Source: a virus
Lineage: Duplodnaviria; Caudoviricetes
Reading direction: 5' to 3' (one strand)
Length of the DNA: 27,609 bases
Virus record (IMG/VR): IMGVR_UViG_3300037422_000064
Span: 1-27,609 of that record
Shown piece after piece: positions 7,451-15,627 of this stretch (position 1 is the first letter of the stretch; the number at the start of each line of letters is the position of its first letter). Below the pieces are notes generated by a model. That model was not told where the DNA came from and searched no databases. It was given only the letters and a program-made list of their open reading frames with translations. Position numbers and translations under genes: made by a program.

Positions 7451-8274
7451 TAGGCGCCTCCGACTTCGCGCACGTCGAAGCCGACTGCATAGCCTCCCGA
7501 GCGCGAGCGCGTGATGTAGTTCTCGGTAAAGGTACCGGGCTCGATGCCTGCCTGGAAGATGTCGGCCTCGACCTCGGCCGGCTCGGGGATAACGATGAAA
7601 GGCTCCTGCTTGTGGAGGTCCTTGAAGTCTTGAACCTCTGTAGACGTTAAGCCGATGAAGTTCATGGCCGCGCTGTAGAGCCACGGAGAGGCGTCCGATC
7701 TGTAAACGTAGGCCCGTCGGATGCTGTTGTCGTGCATGACGGCCGTCTTGGCCTTGACGATAGTGTTTTTCTTCTTGTACTGCTGTAGCATGACGGGCGA
7801 TTGGAAGAGCTCGTCGGCCACGATGATATCACCGACCTGCTTTTCCTGATTGGCGGTCTGTGTCGTATGCATCGTTATCCGACATCGGTCGGCGAAGAAT
7901 GGAGCCGCGACGACCTGGCGGGTGTTTGCCGAGGCGACGAGGGTGAAGTTGTAGACGCCGGCGGTCCACGTCGAGCCTCCGTCGTTGGAAAACTCGACAT
8001 CGAAGGCTTTTAAATTGTGGTTCATGATCGCAAAATAGCCGATCTGCTGTGAAAGGACCGTGCCCGGAACCCAGAGGCCAAAGGTTATAGTCTCGTCGAT
8101 AGTATCGTTTGATCCCGAGGAAATCCAATAGCTCGCAGGGTCCATGTCAAAGAGGCGGTGCCGGAGATCGGTCATGCTCGAAACCAAAAGATCGCCGTTG
8201 TTGTAGGCGTTGCGGTTTAGCTTGTTGCCCGTCAGAAAGATGGGCCGGCCTCGGAGCGTTAAATCAAGAGCCAT
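7450..8274 (-). CDS. Distal tail (Dit-like) protein with N-terminal discoidin/galactose-binding-like domain
   Basis: Start reassigned to ATG 8274 (TAATG overlap with the TMP stop). LFDMDPASYWIS...FDVEFSNDGGSTWT is discoidin-like; position directly after TMP. Confidence 0.65.
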   Translation of the reverse strand: MALDLTLRGRPIFLTGNKLNRNAYNNGDLLVSSMTDLRHRLFDMDPASYWISSGSNDTIDETITFGLWVPGTVLSQQIGYFAIMNHNLKAFDVEFSNDGGSTWTAGVYNFTLVASANTRQVVAAPFFADRCRITMHTTQTANQEKQVGDIIVADELFQSPVMLQQYKKKNTIVKAKTAVMHDNSIRRAYVYRSDASPWLYSAAMNFIGLTSTEVQDFKDLHKQEPFIVIPEPAEVEADIFQAGIEPGTFTENYITRSRSGGYAVGFDVREVGGA

Positions 8275-10133
8275 TATACTGCCCTCGCTGAGTTGAGAAT
8301 GGATGCGTCGCCTGTCGCGTTGGCAAGCTGGACGGCCTCGATGACGCCTTGGCGCATCTGGGCGGCCATCTGCGACATCATCTTGCGTGCGGCCGATTCC
8401 TCGGAGAAGTCCACGCCGGAAACGTTGAAGCTCTGCGTGACGGTCACGCCGCCCATGCCGAGTTGATCGTTGGGAACAATCGTGCCAGGGCTGTCTGGAA
8501 TAAACATTTCCGGGCCCTGTTCTCCGACGATAGTCGGGATGCCCGGGAAAACAGGACCGCCTTCTGCTCTGAATAGGCCGCCTACAAATCCTAGGCCGAA
8601 GCTCTGGCCTGCCCCGGGGGCGATTGTCTTTAGGATTATCATCTGCGCGATGAGCTTGATGATCTGCTGGATCATGCTCTCGACAAATTGGTTGAACGTG
8701 ATGGCTCCGGTCGCCCATGCCGCCGTTATTGCTCCGGCCGTTGATGCCGTCTGGGCCTTAACGGAGGCCATGGCCGCTTCCATTCTTCTGGCCTCTGCCT
8801 GGATGGATTTAAAGTTATCTGCGGCGGCGCCTGCGGCGTCTTTTGTCTTGTTCCTCGCCTCAATGGCGGCCTCGGTCATGCCGGAGGTTGCGGCGGCGAC
8901 GGCTTCCCGAGAGGCCGTGGCGGCCTTGTCGGCCGCTTCTTTGGCAAGGGCGGCCTGCTCCATGGCTGTCGACGTGCCAAGTATAAGGGCCTCTTGTTGC
9001 GCCAGCCTGGCGGTGTCGGAGGCCTGTTGGGCCGCGGCGATGGCTTCCTGCATGGCCCGTTTGGCTTCTTCGGATACGATTTTGCTGGCCGCGCCGGTAC
9101 GCGGGGCCGATGCCGCGAGGCTGGCGTTCTTAGCCTCGAGGGCGGTTATTTCCTCGCCGGTCTTTTTAAAGGCTTCCTGGGCGGCGGTCGCGGCGCGACC
9201 CACGATGTTGATGCTCTCGCCGGATAGCTTGAAGGATTCCATGGCTGATCGCCAGTCGCCGGCGATCATCTTGCCGATGCCGTCCAAGAATCCGAAAACG
9301 ATCTGCATGGCGTCTTCGACGACGGACTTTATGGCCGCGAAGACGGCGTTAAAAATCTGGCTCATGGTCCCGAGGTTGGACGTGATGATGTTTATGGCGG
9401 CGGTTAATTGGCCGACGATGGGGCCTTTGATCTCGAGGAACGTATCCTCGAATTTATTGCGGAGGGCCGTCAAGGATCCTCCGAGGGTGTTTCGCATGGC
9501 CTCTGCCGACCCACCGACGGTCTTCTGGAATTCGTCCAAGATAACCTGTTGCGCCTCGGTCACTTTGCCGAGGTTGATCAAGTTCTTGACCTGTTCCTCA
9601 AGGGCGAAGTTCACGTCGATGCCGGCCCGCTTCAGGCGGTTGAGGCCCTCGACCGGGTTATTGAGCGCAAATCCGAGCATCTTGACGGCTTCGGTCGCGT
9701 CGCCTCCGGTGCTGGCGGCGAAGTCTAAAATGCTTTTGGTCGCGTCGCGGAAGACCTCGCCTTGGACGTTTCTGAATTTCAGCAGTTGCGTCTGGACGCT
9801 TTGGATGGCGTCGTCAGAGAAGGTCGTCGTGTCCTGGAGCGCGGCGGCCTGGGCTTTCAGTTGCTCGGCCGTGAATCCTGCGGCCTGGCCGGTTGCTCTG
9901 ACGGCGTTTTCGAGTAGCCTGTCTGCCCTTTCCTGCGCTACGGTCGCATCGAATACTTCCTTGAGGCCGATGGATATGCCGGCAAACGCAAAGGCACTTT
10001 TAATGCCTGATGCCAGGCTATCGAATTGTTGCGCTGTCCTCTCGGCGAGGCTCTGGGCCTGGAATAGTCCCTCGCTGAGCTTGGCCGCGTCCGTGCTTAG
10101 GACTAGGGTAGCTTCGCCGAGATTCTCAGCCAT
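8274..10133 (-). CDS. Tail tape measure protein
   Basis: Ala-rich helical 619 aa; lambda-like segment AEQLKAQAAALQDTTTFSDD...ALNNP..GL..L; C-terminal RAEGGPV...VGEQGPEMFIP motif typical of TMPs. Confidence 0.93.
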   Translation of the reverse strand: MAENLGEATLVLSTDAAKLSEGLFQAQSLAERTAQQFDSLASGIKSAFAFAGISIGLKEVFDATVAQERADRLLENAVRATGQAAGFTAEQLKAQAAALQDTTTFSDDAIQSVQTQLLKFRNVQGEVFRDATKSILDFAASTGGDATEAVKMLGFALNNPVEGLNRLKRAGIDVNFALEEQVKNLINLGKVTEAQQVILDEFQKTVGGSAEAMRNTLGGSLTALRNKFEDTFLEIKGPIVGQLTAAINIITSNLGTMSQIFNAVFAAIKSVVEDAMQIVFGFLDGIGKMIAGDWRSAMESFKLSGESINIVGRAATAAQEAFKKTGEEITALEAKNASLAASAPRTGAASKIVSEEAKRAMQEAIAAAQQASDTARLAQQEALILGTSTAMEQAALAKEAADKAATASREAVAAATSGMTEAAIEARNKTKDAAGAAADNFKSIQAEARRMEAAMASVKAQTASTAGAITAAWATGAITFNQFVESMIQQIIKLIAQMIILKTIAPGAGQSFGLGFVGGLFRAEGGPVFPGIPTIVGEQGPEMFIPDSPGTIVPNDQLGMGGVTVTQSFNVSGVDFSEESAARKMMSQMAAQMRQGVIEAVQLANATGDASILNSARAV

Positions 10134-10437
10134 GCGCCGGGACCTCCACGAAGGCTATACCAACGCCGCCCAGGACGCTGGCCATCTCGTCTTTGCTCTT
10201 GGCTGATCGCGTTTTAGCCGTTCCGGCCGTGCGTCGCCAGGCCCGGAGGGTCTGATCGGCGTCGCTTTTCTTCATGCGACCTGATCCCAATGCCACGATG
10301 CTCGTCTTGAGCAAGGCTTCCTCGGCCTGAATCTTGGGCATCGCGCCCGCGTAGGCGCGGACGAAGGCTACGGGAACGGACAACCATTCGCCGATGGTGC
10401 CACCGTAGAACCTTTGGAGTCGAGGGAGCAGGGTCAT
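10126..10437 (-). CDS. Tail assembly chaperone, gpT-like part (probably made as a -1 frameshift fusion with the upstream ORF)
   Basis: Directly upstream of TMP. Its frame is -1 relative to 10446..10787 and is open back through the slippery site. Confidence 0.8.
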   Translation of the reverse strand: MTLLPRLQRFYGGTIGEWLSVPVAFVRAYAGAMPKIQAEEALLKTSIVALGSGRMKKSDADQTLRAWRRTAGTAKTRSAKSKDEMASVLGGVGIAFVEVPAHG

Positions 10438-10445
10438 GATTTCCT

Positions 10446-10787
10446 TCAGGCCGCCGTCGGTTCTCCCGCCTTCGCCGGGGCCGTGAAAAAAAGCTCCAGA
10501 ATCTTTGCGCGTTGGGCGTCGCTGATTCGGGAGGCTACGTCTTCCGGAAGGTCGATGAAGATGATGGGAATGGCGTTCGCCAGACCGCTGGAGGCTCTGT
10601 CGGCCACACTCGCGTCGGCCTTGCCGGACGCAAATTCCACCATGTCCTTGGTCGCGGCTTGTAGGCGATAGGCTTGGGCCATGGAGAGCTCGTCCACGTC
10701 CCTGATTGAATACTTCGTCCCGTCGATCTCGACGACCCTTCGCGTCCTGGTCGTGTTGAGGTTATAAACTGCTGTCGCTTCGGCCAT
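10446..10787 (-). CDS. Tail assembly chaperone, gpG-like
   Basis: AAGGAG RBS favours ATG 10787; N-terminal VEIDGTKYSI beta-hairpin; slippery heptamer near the 3' end. Confidence 0.8.
   Translation of the reverse strand: MAEATAVYNLNTTRTRRVVEIDGTKYSIRDVDELSMAQAYRLQAATKDMVEFASGKADASVADRASSGLANAIPIIFIDLPEDVASRISDAQRAKILELFFTAPAKAGEPTAA
10485..10491 (-). other. Programmed -1 ribosomal frameshift site T TTT TTC
   Basis: Minus strand reads GAG CTT TTT TTC ACG. The -1 frame gives HGPGEGGRTDGGLKEIMTLLPR..., with no stop before joining ORF 10126..10437. Confidence 0.8.
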
Positions 10788-10977
10788 GATCATTCTCCTT
10801 GTCTTCGCCGATCTGTAGTTCTATGCCGAGGGCCTTACAGGCATCCCCGAGCTTTGACAACGCCTCCATGCACCTGCGGGCTCCGCGGCGATGTGCCATG
10901 GAGGCCCGCTTGTGCTCTTTGGCTGAATCTCGCAGGGCCCTTGCCGCTTGGGCTACGGCGTCCCGCGTAGGATTCAT
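10762..10977 (-). CDS. Small helical hypothetical protein
   Basis: ATGA coupling to the upstream small ORF; fills the gap before the chaperone gene. Confidence 0.65.
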   Translation of the reverse strand: MNPTRDAVAQAARALRDSAKEHKRASMAHRRGARRCMEALSKLGDACKALGIELQIGEDKENDHGRSDSSL

Positions 10978-11114
10978 TTTGCTTCCGCTTTGGCTCTCCG
11001 CTTGACGTCCTGGCCGTGGGCTTTTTTGTAGGACTGGATGTCTTTGAATCGCCCGTTTTTGGCTCGGACAGCGTAGAGCTTTTTGCCTTTGCGGCTCCTG
11101 TGCGTGGTCCTCAT
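10974..11114 (-). CDS. 46-aa very basic hypothetical protein
   Basis: ATG 11114 lies 1 nt after the major tail stop. MRTTHRSRKGKKLYAVRAKNGRFKDIQSYKKAHGQDVKRRAKAEAK; its stop overlaps the next ATG. Confidence 0.6.
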   Translation of the reverse strand: MRTTHRSRKGKKLYAVRAKNGRFKDIQSYKKAHGQDVKRRAKAEAK

Positions 11115-11115
11115 G

Positions 11116-11718
11116 TTATAGAGGGCTCGCGTTCTGTGCCACAATGCGGCCGAAGCGCAGGTTATCGCTCGCGGCGGCCGGATCCTCGAGGGCCATGAAT
11201 TCAAACAGCAAGCCGGCAGGCTCGCCTTTTTGAAACACGACCTCAGGCTCTCCGCTGTGGACGGCTCTGGGGATCTCGTACTGAAGATTCCAACCGTCTC
11301 CATACGGGCTTGGTCCCTTGATCAGCAGGGCCCGTTCGGAAACGTCGAGGCCCCGCCGGATGGGCAGGTGCTTATAGCCGGCCGTGCCAACGCCTGCGGC
11401 TACGGTGCTGACGCTTCCGAGGTTTAAGACGTGCTTGTACTGCTCGAGCGTCAGGTCGGCGAGCACGAAGGATAGACTCAAGTCTTCCTCGGTGCGGACG
11501 GCTTTGACGGGTCCGGTCGTGCCGAGCATCCTGAACATTTCCAGGGTCTGCGGGTGGCTGATCGTGACGCCGTCTTCGGTGATGTTTTTATCTCCCGAGG
11601 TTCCCAATAGGGCCCAATTGCCGGCGGGCGTTGCGTTGATCGCAGGCATGGCTTCCCCAACGGGCGCCGCGTAGACCTTGAAGGGCGCGGCGATGATTTC
11701 GTATGGCTGAGTGCTCAT
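11116..11718 (-). CDS. Major tail (tube) protein
   Basis: 200 aa; YAAPVG...W..LG...EDGVTI motif of siphovirus tube proteins; AGGAGG RBS; position after the tail terminator. Confidence 0.85.
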   Translation of the reverse strand: MSTQPYEIIAAPFKVYAAPVGEAMPAINATPAGNWALLGTSGDKNITEDGVTISHPQTLEMFRMLGTTGPVKAVRTEEDLSLSFVLADLTLEQYKHVLNLGSVSTVAAGVGTAGYKHLPIRRGLDVSERALLIKGPSPYGDGWNLQYEIPRAVHSGEPEVVFQKGEPAGLLFEFMALEDPAAASDNLRFGRIVAQNASPL

Positions 11719-11728
11719 CGTTTCCTCC

Positions 11729-12070
11729 TTACAGTTTTAACACGGCCACGTCGAGGCCCGTGATCTCGGAGAGAGTAAACTTTGCATCTCCGTTTCCATC
11801 GTTGTAAATGGCCGGCGGGAAAGGCCCGACCATTACATCTCCCGTTGTTGCGGGAACGTTCACCGTCTGTTCTGCGACTGCCAGGCCGCCAATCGTCGGC
11901 GGTGTCTGGATCGTGACCGTGCAGCCTCCTGCGCCCGACTTCCTGAAATGCAGGAAGGTGTGCCCGTCATTTCTGACGAGGTAGGTGTCGGAAACGCTAA
12001 GGCTTCCGGTCCTGGTCGGCGTGGTCCCCGATGCGGCCATCTGCTGAGGCGTTAGGGTTACGTTTGCCAT
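11729..12070 (-). CDS. Virion-associated beta-sandwich protein (tail module hypothetical)
   Basis: AGGAG RBS; NDG..FL.....G...TVT....VPA......GPFP...YN pattern recalled from phage structural modules. Confidence 0.65.
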   Translation of the reverse strand: MANVTLTPQQMAASGTTPTRTGSLSVSDTYLVRNDGHTFLHFRKSGAGGCTVTIQTPPTIGGLAVAEQTVNVPATTGDVMVGPFPPAIYNDGNGDAKFTLSEITGLDVAVLKL

Positions 12071-12079
12071 TGTTTTCTC

Positions 12080-12499
12080 CTATGTAGCCTCAATCTCAGA
12101 GGCCAGAAATTCCCAGGTTTCTGACGAGAAAGGCCACTGCGTGTCGCCATCCCGGGATGTATTTGCTCCCCCGAAGGGGTTTAAAGAATGAATGAGGGTT
12201 CCCAGTGCCGTCCGGCGGTTTAGCTGTTTCAATACCGCCCGCGTCGCCTGGCGCAGCTTCTCGGCTTCAAAGATGGTTTCTCCCCAACAGACGCAGTCTA
12301 TGGCGCCGCGCTCGACTTCCATGTAGCCGGGGATGCCGGTAGACCCGGAGACGCGCTGAACCACCACGGCCTTGCGGGGCATATGCTCTGCTTCGGCTGG
12401 CGGGAGCTCGCCGGCGAAGACGCGCGTACTCACAAGTGCCGTGACGGAGGCGTCGGCCTTGAGGGCGTCAACGACGGCGGTCAAAACATCTCGGCTCAT
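12080..12499 (-). CDS. Tail terminator/completion protein (DUF3168-like)
   Basis: LKADASVTALVSTRVFAGELP N-terminus; synteny. Confidence 0.8.
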   Translation of the reverse strand: MSRDVLTAVVDALKADASVTALVSTRVFAGELPPAEAEHMPRKAVVVQRVSGSTGIPGYMEVERGAIDCVCWGETIFEAEKLRQATRAVLKQLNRRTALGTLIHSLNPFGGANTSRDGDTQWPFSSETWEFLASEIEAT

Positions 12500-12861
12500 A
12501 GGCTTGCGAATGCCTCCCGTATGTTTTCTGTCAGGTTCGGATAGTTCTTCCGCGCGGCCGGGACCAAGAACGGGCGGGCGGGAATATTGACGGTCCCAGA
12601 CCCTCGGCGAAAGGATGCTCCGAATTCATGCACGGCGGCGTACATGACTGCGACGCTTCCCCAGATGCCGGCGAAGCCTTGGCCTACCTTGCGGGCCCCT
12701 TCGACAATCCTGATGGATCGCTCGAGCGTTCCGGTGCGGTTCTTCCAGGCATGATGCGTCTTGGCGTAGAGTACGCATTCGCCCATGGTCTTATTTAGAC
12801 CGACGCGCATGGCCTTTTCAAACTTGGCGTTGAATTTGTCGCCCTTCCAAACGAGAGGCAT
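12496..12861 (-). CDS. HK97 gp10-like neck/tail-completion protein
   Basis: RTGTLERSI, YAAVHEFG and IPARPFLVPA motifs. Confidence 0.85.
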   Translation of the reverse strand: MPLVWKGDKFNAKFEKAMRVGLNKTMGECVLYAKTHHAWKNRTGTLERSIRIVEGARKVGQGFAGIWGSVAVMYAAVHEFGASFRRGSGTVNIPARPFLVPAARKNYPNLTENIREAFASL

Positions 12862-13232
12862 TAGGCTCTATGCCTCCGAAGAAGGACGGATTTGTGGTCT
12901 ATCTTTGGGCCGCGCGATCTCTCGCTCACGGCCTCGACGTCAAGCTGTTGCTCGACGACGGTCTGGCCGCGCCTGTCTTGCAGGCTGAACACTCTATCCC
13001 CGCTTCGGATGTCGACGTCGGCCGGGAAGATGCCGCGGATTTCCTCGACGACGACGATCTTGCCGCCGTCGGCCACTTCCTTTTTCTGGCTGATCCAAAC
13101 AAAGCAGGGCGCCTCGGCCGCGATTATAGACCACACGGGAGTGACGGCCTTGCCGCCATAGCTGTCGGCGGGGGCAATGTCTCTTTGCAGGTTCGCTCTC
13201 ATGGTCATGCTCGCGCGGGCGATGCTGATCAC
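12861..13232 (-). CDS. Head closure/stopper (SPP1 gp16-like) protein
   Basis: Start reassigned to GTG 13232 (GTGA overlap, GGAGG RBS); DSYGG...W and DIRSGDRV motifs; synteny. Confidence 0.75.
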   Translation of the reverse strand: MISIARASMTMRANLQRDIAPADSYGGKAVTPVWSIIAAEAPCFVWISQKKEVADGGKIVVVEEIRGIFPADVDIRSGDRVFSLQDRRGQTVVEQQLDVEAVSERSRGPKIDHKSVLLRRHRA

Positions 13233-13756
13233 GCCACAATCCTCCGGCTGGTCGACGCGAATGCAGAGAGAAGGCGCTCCCTTTCGGCCTGGTAATTGTC
13301 GAAGTTCTGCACGCGAACGTCGCCCACCGAGCTTGACAAAACGCCGTCGTACTTCAGGGCCAGCTTGACGAGGTCTATCTCGAGGCGCTTGCGCGAGATC
13401 GTTGTGTCTTGGGGAACGTACACGATCGTATTGGTTCCGATCCAATGCGGCTGTGGATTGGTCCCTTGCGTCAAACGCTCGAGCTGATAACCGTCGCCGA
13501 GCAGGAGGTAGTCGTTTGCCGCCAGGACGGTGTTTATTTCCTCGATGCGTTGCGTAATCGACGTGATGCTGGACGCCTTGCGCGTCAGGAAAAGAATCTT
13601 TCCGTCGCAGACAAGCACGTCGGTGTTTGCGGCGGCCGCGCCGAGCCTTCTGATTATCTCGGCGTCGGCGTCATCGATTAGCCTCTGGAGAGCATCGTCA
13701 ACGAGGTCTGTCTCGATGTGTTGCCTGACTTCCGCGACTGTCAAAAGGCTCGGCAT
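13229..13756 (-). CDS. Head-tail connector/adaptor (HK97 gp6/SPP1 gp15-like)
   Basis: LLTVAEVRQHI...DDALQRLIDDADAEI N-terminus and SSSVGDVRV C-terminal motif. Confidence 0.85.
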   Translation of the reverse strand: MPSLLTVAEVRQHIETDLVDDALQRLIDDADAEIIRRLGAAAANTDVLVCDGKILFLTRKASSITSITQRIEEINTVLAANDYLLLGDGYQLERLTQGTNPQPHWIGTNTIVYVPQDTTISRKRLEIDLVKLALKYDGVLSSSVGDVRVQNFDNYQAERERLLSAFASTSRRIVA

Positions 13757-13759
13757 GAG

Positions 13760-14026
13760 CTATTCCTTCCCTTTCTTCTTGGCCTTGTTTGCTACTTGCG
13801 CGACGGCCTTGTCTTCAACGGAATCGGCTTGCTTTACGAGGCCGAGTTTTCTGGCCATGACTGGATCGACCGCGTGGCCTTTAGCCGCGAGAAGAAATGC
13901 GGCTTCTGGGCTATCTATCGGTACGATCTTCGTCTGCGCGGCGTTGATGTAGAGGTCTTTTTCCGCAATCACGGGAGCGTGATCGACGGGCTTCGCTTCT
14001 CGCCATCTTTCTATCGTGAGAGCCAT
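13760..14026 (-). CDS. Hypothetical protein, head module
   Basis: GGAGG RBS; fits between the decoration-like gene and the connector; K/A-rich tail. Confidence 0.7.
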   Translation of the reverse strand: MALTIERWREAKPVDHAPVIAEKDLYINAAQTKIVPIDSPEAAFLLAAKGHAVDPVMARKLGLVKQADSVEDKAVAQVANKAKKKGKE

Positions 14027-14042
14027 GCGTTCCTCCGTGCGC

Positions 14043-14306
14043 TTAAACGAAAGCGCAGACTTTAAACTTCTTGCCGCTCGTCACGGTGGCGATGACGTTC
14101 GTCGCGTCATGTGATCCCTCAACTGCGGTGTACGCTCCGACCGTTGCCGGCGCGGTGTCCGTTGGGACGATGAGCACGGCTCGCGGGATAGTTCCCATGC
14201 CGTGCGCGATGTTCTGAGGGGCTCCCGTCCCGGTCTGCTCGGACGAGATGAAATAGGCCGGTCCCTTCGCCCCGGTTATGACGTTGCCTCCGCTGATGAT
14301 TGCCAT
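14043..14306 (-). CDS. Putative capsid decoration/head fibre protein
   Basis: CAGGAG RBS; directly after the MCP; beta-rich with IAHGMGTIPRAV (the HGLGxxP motif of small phage beta-domains). Confidence 0.6.
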   Translation of the reverse strand: MAIISGGNVITGAKGPAYFISSEQTGTGAPQNIAHGMGTIPRAVLIVPTDTAPATVGAYTAVEGSHDATNVIATVTSGKKFKVCAFV

Positions 14307-14332
14307 GATCTGTTCTCCTGTTTTCAGCCTTT

Positions 14333-14364
14333 GGGGAGGCGGGCTGTGCGGGCCCCGCCTCCCC
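14333..14364. promoter_or_regulatory. 11-bp GC stem-loop downstream of the major capsid gene
   Basis: GGGGAGGCGGG-N10-CCCGCCTCCCC. There is no U-tract on the coding (minus) strand, so it is more likely an mRNA stabiliser or partial attenuator than a terminator. Confidence 0.55.
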
Positions 14365-14394
14365 TTCCGGCCGTTTTACGTCAGGCCGCCGACA

Positions 14395-15627
14395 TTAAAT
14401 GCCGGTGACTTTGCAGAAGGCCGAAGGCCGATAGATCGGCAATGCGACCCGCACGTCTGCGCGGACGGCTTGCTTGCCGTTCACGAAGAAGTCGGAGTGC
14501 GAGTCCGACACTTTGACCTGGATGCCGCGGCGCTCCGCGAGCTCGATGAATTGCCGGAAGTCTCCGACAAGACCCGTGCCTTCGGGCAGGGCGTCCGTCT
14601 GCGCGACGGGAAGACCCCAGATGCGCTCCGGCCCGGCTTCCGAGGGGTTGCCCCAGATGTAGATGCCGTCGGCCGTTCTCAGGAGGCGAATGCCCTCCCA
14701 ATCGTTGGGGTGGAGCATGACGCCGGAGGGCATCGCCCGCCCGGTCACGCGCACCTTGGTCATCGCCTTGTGGATTGCGTCCGGCACGGGATCCGCGCCG
14801 AGCGCTTGCGTCTGCACGCCGGCCGCGTTCAAGATGCCGGTCAGGTTGGCGCCGACGCCGTCGCCGTTGAGGATCTGGCTGTCGAGCCTCTGCATGAGCA
14901 TGAAGCGCAGGCGGTTGTCGAGGTAGCCCGACACTTGCGCCACGTCCTCAAGCTGTTCGTCCGTGACCGGGATGAAGACCGCGATCTTTTTGACGAGAGC
15001 GGACTTCTCGGTCAACGCCAGAGCGCCCTCGGGATAGGCTCCCGCTTCGGCGGTTTCCGCGGCGTTGTTCGTGAACGTGGTTTCTTCCATGTACACGATG
15101 GCGGCCTGGTTGGTCTGGCCGACCGGGATCAGGTCGATGACCTGAAGCGGCCGGGTGGCGAATTCCACGACGCGGCCGGTGCGGAGGGTTTCTGCCGCCC
15201 ATCCGGCGCTCGTCTGGAACAACGTTTTGAGGTTGATTCCCTCGGGGAGAATCGCGTCGACGTTGGACTTGCGTCCCTCATAGGCGCGGCTTTTCACGAA
15301 GGCTTCTCCGAAGGACATCTGCGGGCCCTCTTTCTTTTCAGGGGCGCCGGCTTCGGGATGCGCGTGGCGGGCCGCTTTGGCGGCGGCTTCCTCGCGGGAC
15401 TTGGTTCCGGCCGCGATCTGCTCGGTGGCTTCCAGGGCGTCGGCTTCCCGGCCCATGTCCTCGAGCTCTTTATTCATCTTGCGGATGGATTCGACCTTCT
15501 CGATCGAGGATCCCGACAAGGATTTAACCTTGTCCATGTCGAGGTCAGAACCGGCTTCCTCGAACACTTTAACGAGGGACGCCTGCTTGGCGGCCATCGC
15601 TTCACGAATTTGCTTGAGCTTGTTCAT
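14395..15627 (-). CDS. Major capsid protein, HK97 family
   Basis: N-terminal coiled-coil delta domain; EGALALTEK..VKKIAVFIPVTDEQLED, LNGDG, HPNDW, IWGLPV, GDF and RPSAF motifs. Confidence 0.96.
   Translation of the reverse strand: MNKLKQIREAMAAKQASLVKVFEEAGSDLDMDKVKSLSGSSIEKVESIRKMNKELEDMGREADALEATEQIAAGTKSREEAAAKAARHAHPEAGAPEKKEGPQMSFGEAFVKSRAYEGRKSNVDAILPEGINLKTLFQTSAGWAAETLRTGRVVEFATRPLQVIDLIPVGQTNQAAIVYMEETTFTNNAAETAEAGAYPEGALALTEKSALVKKIAVFIPVTDEQLEDVAQVSGYLDNRLRFMLMQRLDSQILNGDGVGANLTGILNAAGVQTQALGADPVPDAIHKAMTKVRVTGRAMPSGVMLHPNDWEGIRLLRTADGIYIWGNPSEAGPERIWGLPVAQTDALPEGTGLVGDFRQFIELAERRGIQVKVSDSHSDFFVNGKQAVRADVRVALPIYRPSAFCKVTGI

Noticed and set aside
7451-8718. Extended N-termini of ORF-track calls 4895..7684 and 7450..8718 (similarly 15624..16916, 12861..13445, 21218..22099, 1706..3076)
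   Set aside because: The extensions overlap upstream genes and are mostly Arg/Pro-rich noise; downstream starts have an RBS and/or stop-start coupling.
8470-10206. 578-aa plus-strand ORF
   Set aside because: Antisense shadow of the Ala-rich tape measure gene; no motifs of its own.
14333-14364. Rho-independent terminator after the capsid gene
   Set aside because: Strong stem but followed by AAAGG, not a U-tract, on the coding strand; kept only as a stem-loop.
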